64,000 nt of DNA from Eledone cirrhosa (Eukaryota), in NCBI GenBank assembly GCA_964016885.1, contig OZ024753.1, forward strand, positions 28,644,001-28,708,000, written 5' to 3'. The notes beneath the pieces were generated by a model, which did not search any database, was not told where the DNA came from, and worked only from the letters and a program-made list of their open reading frames with translations. Below, in pieces: positions 55,770 to 64,000 of this stretch; the stretch's first letter is position 1; every line of letters begins with the position of its first letter. A program made the position numbers and the translations under genes.

Positions 55770-56150
55770 GTGTGTCTCTGCCTGTATAGTGTATGTGTGT
55801 GATATAACTCTGTGTGTGTGATGTGTGGGTCTCTGCCTGTATAGCGTATCTGTGTGTGATATAACTCTGTGTGTGTGATGTGTGGGTCTCTGCCTGTATA
55901 GCGTATCTGTGTGTGATATAACTCTGTGTGTGTGATGTGTGGGTCTCTGCCTGTATAGCGTATCTGTGTGTGATATAACTCTGTGTGTGTGATGTGTGGG
56001 TCTCTGCCTGTATAGCGTATCTGTGTGTGATATAACTCTGTGTGTGTGATGTGTGGGTCTCTGCCTGTATAGCGTATCTGTGTGTGATATAACTCTGTGT
56101 GTGTGTCTGCCTATATAGTGTATCTGTATGTCTGTGTGTGATATAACTCT
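55770..56150. repeat. 57-bp minisatellite (about 6 copies)
   Basis: Unit GATATAACTCTGTGTGTGTGATGTGTGGGTCTCTGCCTGTATAGCGTATCTGTGTGT. Confidence 0.9.
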
Positions 56151-56154
56151 GTGT

Positions 56155-57570
56155 ATATGACTGTATGTGACTGTATGGGACTGTATATGGCTGTATGTGA
56201 CTGTATGTGGCTGTATGTGACTGTATGTGACTGTATGGGACTGTATGTGGCTGTATGTGACTGTATGTGACTGTATGTGACTGTATGTGACTGTATGTGG
56301 CTGTATGTGACTGTATGGGACTGTATGTGACTGTATGGGACTGTATGTGACTGTATGTGGCTGTATGTGACTGTATGTGACTGTATGTGACTGTATGAGA
56401 CTGTATGGGACTGTATGTGACTGTATGGGACTGTATGGGACTGTATGTGACTGTATGGGACTGTATCGGACTGTATGTGGCTGTATGGGACTGTATGGGA
56501 CTGTATGTGACTGTATGGGACTGTATCGGACTGTATGTGGCTGTATGGGACTGTATGTGACTGTATGTGACTGTATGGGACTGTATCGGACTGTATGTGG
56601 CTGTATGTGACTGTATGTGACTGTATGGGACTGTATGTGACTGCATGTGACTGTATATGGCTGTATGTGACTGTATGGGACTGTATGTGGCTGTATGTGA
56701 CTGTATGTGACTGTATGTGACTGTATGTGACTGTATGAGACTGTATGGGACTGTATGTGACTGTATGGGACTGTATGGGACTGTATGGGACTGTATGTGA
56801 CTGTATGTGGCTGTATGGGACTGTATGGGACTGTATGGGAATGTATGGGACTGTATGTGACTGTATATGGCTGTATGTGGCTGTATGTGACTGTATCGGA
56901 CTGTATGTGACTGTATGTGACTGTATGTGGCTGTATGTGACTGTATGTGACTGTATGGGACTGTATGTGACTGCATGTGACTGTATATGGCTGTATGTGA
57001 CTGTATGGGACTGTATGTGGCTGTATGTGACTGTATGTGACTGTATGTGACTGTATGGGACTGTATGGGACTGTATGGGACTGTATGTGACTGTATGTGG
57101 CTGTATGGGACTGTATGTAACTGCATGTGACTGTATATGGCTGTATGTGGCTGTATGTGACTGTATGGGACTGTATGTGACTGTATCGGACTGTATGGGA
57201 CTGTATGGGACTGTATGTGACTGTATTGGACTGTATGTGACTGTATGGGACTGTATGGGACTGTATGTGACTGTATCTGACTGTATGTGACTGTATGTGA
57301 CTGTATGGGACTGTATGTGGCTGTATGTGACTGTATATGGCTGTATGTGGCTGTATGTGACTGTATGTGACTGTATGTGACTGTATCGGACTGTATGGGA
57401 CTGTATGGGAATGTATGGGACTGTATGTGACTGTATATGGTTGTATGTGGCTGTATGTGACTGTATCGGACTGTATGTGACTGTATGTGACTGTATGTGA
57501 CTGTATGTGACTGTATGTGACTGTATGTGACTGTATATGGCTGTATTTGGCTGTATGGGACTGTATGTGA
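56155..57570. repeat. 10-bp satellite CTGTATGTGA (about 140 copies, variant units)
   Basis: Exact 10-bp phase held for 1.4 kb, with variant endings GGGA, GTGG, ATGG and CGGA. Confidence 0.95.
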
Positions 57571-58217
57571 TACGTGGCTGTATGTGGTGGTATGTGTGTC
57601 TGTGTGTGATACAACTATGTGTGTCTGTTATATATGACTGTATGTGGCTGTATGTGGTTGTGTGTGTATATATGTGACTGTATGTAGTTGTGTGTGGTTG
57701 TGTGTATATATGTGACTGTATGTAGCTGTGTGTGTGTATATATGTGACTGTATGTAGCTGTGGTGTGTGTATATGTAGCTGTATGTGGTTGTGTATATAT
57801 ATGTGTGTGTATAAAAAACAAACAATTCCTTCAAGCTAATTAATTGATTTTTGTCATTGCTTATATAACAAGTGAAAGTTAAAAGTAAAAGATCAATAAT
57901 TATTGGGATGGGAGGAAGGAGATGATGGCATTGAGCTGTAAAAATGGTAGAAGATTCTCACTGATTTTATACCTATTGTGATAGCTGCTTTATTGTGGCC
58001 TTTGTTTACTTGGCTTTTGTTGTTTGTTTTGTGTTTTGTGCTTCTTTTTTGTTTGTTTTTTCTTTTTTCTACTTCTACTACTTTCTACTGTTGTAAAAAC
58101 AGCTGTTTTATTATTATTATTATTAGTTGACTTTGCCTTTCATCCTTACAGGGTCGATAAAATAAAGTACCAGTAATGCACTAGGTATTTGCTGGCCTTG
58201 TGCCAAAAGTAGAAACA

Positions 58218-58258
<41 letters not shown>

Positions 58259-58325
58259 GGTTCTTCTTCTTCTTCTTCTTCTTCTTCTTCTTCTTCTTCT
58301 TCTTCTTCTTCTTCTTCTTCTTCTT

Positions 58326-61300
58326 TGAGTCTCAGTCATTGATGTTAGTTAACTGGAAAGTTTGTTCAAATGAATATCAAGCCACTACCTGCAGCCTCAG
58401 ATATTCAGGACGTATCGGAGGGTTCTTGCTGTTCCCAGCAAGCATGCCTTTTGAAGTGTTCCAAAAAGCGTGAAGGGGCCAATTTTCTTTAACCATCCCT
58501 GGAAACTTTTTGAGATAGTAACTAGTGCGCCTATGACAATGGCACTTTGACTTCATGGCAGTTCCAAATCCTTTTTACCTCCCACTTTAAGTCCTGGTAT
58601 CGGTTAATTTTCTCCCTCTCCTTCTCTTGCACTCTCCTGTCGAGTGGGCAGGCTACATTCACAATCAGGCACGATCTTTTTTCCTTGTCCAAAATCACCA
58701 GGTCAGGTCTATTGTGTTCCAGTTTCTTGTCCGTCTGTATCCTAAAATCCCACAGCACCTTCACCTGATCGTTTTCTATCACCGACTCTGGCTTATGCTC
58801 ATACCACTTCTCAGAATGTGGTAAATTGTTTACTTTGCATAGGTGCCAGTGGATCACCCTGCCCATCACATCATGTCTCCAGCCCTTATAGTGAATCTGG
58901 GCTAGGTGTTTACACTCGGATACAATGTGAGCCACAGTCTCCTCTCTCTCTCCACAGATCCTGCACAGTGGGCTAGCCTCCTCCTTGTAAATATGGTGTT
59001 TCAACCACTTCGTTTTGAGGGCCTGCTCTTGCGCAGCCATTAACATTCCTTCTGTAGCCTTTTTAAGGTCTCCTCTTTTCAACCAGTTCCATGTCTGTGG
59101 ATCTCTGAATTCAGTTTTCTCAAAGAAGGTACTATGAAGGGATTTTTCCTGAAGGCTGCTCTTTCTCCTTGTAGTTATTTCCTCCCTGGACATCCCCTGG
59201 TCTATTGTCCTCTCCTTCAGTACAGTTCTGAGCATTGGCTCCTTACTATCAGTCACGTATTTGTGTAGGTTGTTTTTCTCCATCTGAACACAGTCCTCTA
59301 TGCTGATAAGACCTCTTCCACCTTCAGATCTCCTTAAGTAGAGTCTATCGACATCACTCCTCTTGTGGAACATGTTGTAGATAGTCAATAATTTCCTAGT
59401 CTTCCTATCCATTTCTTTTTGTTCAGCAACATTCTATCTCAAAATTCCCGCACTGTACCTAATAATAGACACAGCTTGGGAATTTACTGCACTTATGGCA
59501 TTCCTACTGTTCAGATCTGACTTTCTTCCCGAAGAGCTTAAGATCGTCCATGAAGAGGAGGTGATTGATGGTAAGCTCTCCCTTTCCCAACTTGTATCCT
59601 GCTCTCACTTTTCGCAGTATAATGGTCAGGGGCATCAGGGCAAGGACAAACAACAGAGGGGACAGACTATCTCCCTGGAAGATACCTCTCTTGATCTTCA
59701 CGCCTCCCAAGGATTCTCCAGCTGATGTTAACTCTGTTTCCCAGGACTTCATACTTTTGCCCAACAACTGTCTGATGTTATCTGCCACCTTGAAAATCTC
59801 TAGGCTTTTGGTGATCCAAGAATGAGGCACCATGTCAAATGCCTTTTTGTAGTCTATCCATCCCATGGTAAGACCAGTGTGTCTCCTCTTGCAATTCCTC
59901 ATTACCATCTTATCAATAAGTAACTGGTCCTTTGTACCACGGGACTTCTTTCGGCATCCTTTCTGTTCGTCCGGTAACAAGTTGTTTGTGTGGAGGTGAT
60001 GGTAGATTTCCTCAGACATAATGCTTGTCAACAGTTTCCACATTACGGACAGACATGTGATAGGTCTATAGTTGGTAACATCATTACCCTTGATTCGGTC
60101 CTTCATTACCAGAACTGTGGTACCTTTTGTCAACCACTCTGGTACCTCACCTGACATCAAGCAGTCATTGAACATGGTTGTCAGCTTCGGGTGGAGGGAT
60201 GTTAAATGTTTAATCCAATACCCCTGCACACCATCTGGGCCTGGTGATTTCCAGTTGGTTAGTTTTTTGGCCTGCCCCTTTAAGAGTTTCAACTGTGATA
60301 CTCAAGTCAGTTTGTTGGTGTGCCTGTTCACTAATCTCCTTCTGTACTGTCTCAATCCACACTGCCTGGTCATTATGTTTAACATCCTGCTCCCATATTC
60401 CTCTCCAGAATGTTTTAGTTTGTTCCGCCCCAGGGATCAAGTCGTTGCCTCTTTCTTTCCCCTCAAGCTGTCCAAACAGCATCTTCTGGTTGTTGTCAAA
60501 CATGCGGTTCTGTCTATACTGACTGACTCTGCTCTCGTATCGCCTAATTTTTGCACTCTCTGCTACAATGCGTTGCTTCAGTTCCTCTATGATAATATTT
60601 AGCTTTTTCCTCCTAGTTTTGTACTTTATTTCCAGTCTATTTTTAGTGTCTATGTTTTTTAGTGTCCCATTCAGTAGGGACTCAAGCTTTCAGTTCTCAT
60701 TTCCCTGATTTGACCACTCAGTCGTTTCTTCCACCAAGACTCTGATCTTTCTTGTTTGCTGTTTCCTCTCGCTTTTATACCAAGTAATTTCCTCACCGCA
60801 TTTGCTGTTGCTTTGAGGATATTGTTGCACTGGTGAAGGCTCCTCGCCTCAAGGTATGGGATGACTGTTTACCTTAGCTGTTGTTTCTTTTAACTTTTTC
60901 CTGTCTACAAATCTTAGGTTCATAGGTTTCCCACTATCATTGTTCAATTCATCTACCACTAAGTTTAGGATATCAACCAAATCTTGTCCTAGCCCGTCAG
61001 CATTCATCTCCTCAATGGCCGTATCTTTGTTCCAGGTATTATTTATTTCAGCATTCAGATCATTGTCTGCTTCGGATGGTTCCTCCGTTCTCTCACCCTC
61101 TTCACCTTCATTTCCCACTGGTTCGTTTGCCTGGCATACTCCACTCTCCATTTCCAAGCTAATCTCTCTGCTCAGTTCCTCCACTTCCAGCTCGCTTATC
61201 CACCCATTAGTTCTTATTACCCGAGCCTGCCCGGCCAATTTTTATTCATCTAATTTAAATAGACCAATCTCGTTCCAGATGTTATGCATCCGTTTCCTAT

Positions 61301-61640
61301 AGCCTTTCTCCTTGGGGTTACTCTTCAGGTAACATTGCATAACAGTTCTATTCAATTCTTTCGTCCAGTTGGTTCTGGTCCCTTTCCTTCTTCTTCTTCC
61401 TCCGGCACCAGCAGTATTTGGTTGACAGCCAGATCCCTGCTGCTGAGCCAGGGAGCACCTGCTGGGTGAGAGTCTGTCACATGACATTCTAGTCTCCACT
61501 TCACCATTATTCGAACTGTTTAGGTTCGACATTTAAACACTCTTATCGAGGATTGGTGAATGTATGGTTACATAACCACCGGTGATTTCATCACTCCCGG
61601 TGATTTTTGTGTGGCACTATCACGCTGTAGACGAACATAG
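58326..61640 (-). mobile_element. Near full-length R4/Dong-type RLE LINE (frameshifted)
   Basis: ATG at 61532; WKSPGPDG, NYRPITCL, GIFQGDSLSPLLF, LLFMDDLKLF, CRICGEREETVAHIVSEC, RHD, NRPDLV, KINRYQDL; stop at 58397-58399; (GAA)n(TAA)n at the 3' end. Confidence 0.92.
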
Positions 61641-61716
61641 ATAAACAAACAAACAAACAGGGTTTTTTTGCCTGTTTGTCTGTTTGTTTATCTATGTTTG
61701 CCTGTTTGTTTGTTTG

Positions 61717-61767
<51 letters not shown>

Positions 61768-61769
<2 letters not shown>

Positions 61770-64000
61770 AGCTGCCTTTATCTTGCTTTATGTTCATACG
61801 AGTTATCACCAAGTCACAACCAGTGACCTCAAGAGACAACAAGGTCCACTATGTTCAAGAAAGAACATACATACTCACACATGCATCCCCAGGTGTTTAG
61901 ACTTGTGATGTACTTATATTGACAGAATCTTCCTTAGTAGATGGACAGTTCCCATTAGTACTATCTTTTGTATTTCTCCTATACGCGGGTTTCCTGGGAT
62001 TTGCGATAAGTAATCATTAGACCTCTTAGGTATCATTCCTAGAGCGCCTACAACCACTGGTATTGTTTTAGTTCTCAATTTCCACATTTTTCCAATTTCT
62101 ATCTCCAGGTCCTTATACTTGTCCAATTTTTCAAATGTTTTTATAGATACATTCTTGTCTATTGGAACGGACATATCAATTAGCAGGCATACCCTCTTTT
62201 TAAAGTCCTTCAATATTATATCAGGTCTATTTGCATCTATTTTTCGGTCTGTTTGGTTGCTAAAGTTCCACAAGATTGAGATGTGATCTTTTTCAAGTAT
62301 GGGAGGTGGTTGATGCTCCCACCAATTCTTTTGATGGGGCAGGTCAAAATGCTTACACATTATCCAATGTATGTATTGTGCAGCTCTGTCATGCCTGTTT
62401 AGGTATTCGGTTGGAGCTATAGGACTGCACATTGGAATTATATGGTCAATGGTCTCTGGTTGTTTTTTACATACACGGCATAATGGGCTGCATCCATTTT
62501 TTATTATGTTGGCTTGGTAATTTTTTGTTGGCAGACACTGATCTTGTGCTGATATAATCAGTCCTTCAGTCTCCGATTTCAGTCCAGAGGATGCCAACCA
62601 CTGATGGGTTAAAGTTTTTTCAACATCAGGATTGTTAGCTTGTTCTGGGTATTTTCTATACAGAGGCTTTTCTTGCCATTTCTTAGCCAATTTCTGTAGC
62701 AGTTCTTTCTTTGCAGTTACTTTTACCTGCTTTGCTTTTTCTGTGTTTTCCATTTCAGCAGTAAATGGGACTTCTGAAATTTGTAGTCCATTACTGTATC
62801 TTTGTGCATCTTTTGTAATGGAGTATGATCTTTTGATGCTTTCGTGTTTCAAAACGAGTTTGATCATCCAATCATGTGATTCCCTTAGATATGTAGATAA
62901 TCCAATTGTTGCAGTTTTCAACGCAATGTCTAACTGGATTAACCCACGTCCTCCTTCTTTCCTAGGGAGATATATTCTATCTGTATCTGCCTTAGGGTGA
63001 TGCATTCTGTGCATGGTTAAGAATTTTCGAATTTTTGTATCGAGCCTACGGATCTCTGTGCTTGACCAGTTGATGACATTGTAACTGTAGCTTACTACTG
63101 GTATGGCAAGCGTGTTTATGGCATCGATCCTATTCCTTGCATTCAATTCCGTTCTTAAGATTGCTCTTACTCTGCGGTAATTGTCGAGTGCTTGATTCCG
63201 TCTCCTTCACAAACACCTAGATATTTGTAAGTTTCTTCTTGATCAAGTTCTCTTATCACATTCCCCCGATCAAGATTAATGTCTGAACTTTTCAGCAGCT
63301 TTCCTCTGGTGAACGTTGCTTTGGTGCATTTATCTAGTCCAAACTCCGTTTTAATGTCATCACTGAATTGCTCCACAGTGGATAATAGCCCTTGCAATTG
63401 TTCATCATTTTTTGCAAATAGTTTCAGGTCATCCATGTAGAACAAGTGATTAATGGTTTTGTCATAGACTTTATATCCATGTTTTGTTTCATTGAGCATT
63501 TTACTTAATGGTATAAGTGCGATGCAGAATAAAAGCGGTGATAAAGAGTCACCCTGAAAAATTCCACAATTAATATTAACTTCTCCAGCTTCCAGTGATT
63601 TTGTTTCACTATTCAAAAGGAGTGTCGTTTTCCATGTCTTCATACTGAATGACAAAAACCTCCTGACAACGGGAGATATTTTGAAAATCTCTAAACATTT
63701 TTCAATCCAACTGTGTGGCAAACTATCGAATGCTTTTTTATAATCTATCCAAGCAATTGATAGATTTTTGTGTCTATTATGACAATCTTCCAGTATCATT
63801 TTGTTAACCAAAAGCTGATCCTTACAGCCATATGAGCCTCATTTACACCCTTTCTGCTCAATAGGAAATAGGTCATTTGTTATCAGGTGGTCATATGTAT
63901 ATTCAGTTAGGACTAATGTTAAAATTTTATACATTGTGGTCAAGCAAGTTATCGGTCTGTAATTATTGGGATTGTTTGTCTCATCATTCTTCGGAAGCAG
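61768..64000 (-). mobile_element. Second R4/Dong-type RLE LINE (3' part, runs off the window)
   Basis: WIDYKKAFDS, GIFQGDSLSPLLF, LFYMDDLKLF, CRVCKKQPETIDHIIPMC, RHD, NRPDII, KLDKYKDL. The 3' end abuts (TAA)n at 61718-61767. Confidence 0.92.

Noticed and set aside
55692-57614. 640-aa and 472-aa repetitive ORFs
   Set aside because: Stop-free translation of 10-bp and 57-bp satellites, with no splice or domain evidence.
61533-61640. HDV-like ribozyme in the 5' UTR of the Dong element
   Set aside because: Could not fold a nested double pseudoknot by eye. Only an 8-bp direct repeat is visible.

Overview
AT-rich, microsatellite-saturated, non-genic animal DNA. The SINE/LINE repertoire resembles an octopod cephalopod (inference from recalled repeat motifs, not searched). 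No host exon could be supported, and most listed ORFs are (TA)n/(CA)n artefacts. Recognisable content: two head-to-tail R4/Dong-type RLE LINEs in (TAA)n, decayed RLE fragments, several RTE LINE fragments (one with a PHD finger, one 5'-inverted), CR1 3' ends, a 5'-truncated Penelope-like element (RT thumb + GIY-YIG + pseudo-LTR), a non-autonomous Helitron, TTAA/piggyBac-type MITEs, two main tRNA-SINE families and several minisatellites. The main unexplained signal is about ten type-I hammerhead ribozyme motifs, folded by eye, from several sequence families. They lie in short cassettes next to (TA)n, often arranged as long fold-back palindromes. They show covarying stems, core variants (U3-A8, U4C) and one branched stem II. 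One sits in the Penelope pLTR, which suggests a (TA)n-associated Penelope/retrozyme-like system. Catalytic activity is untested.
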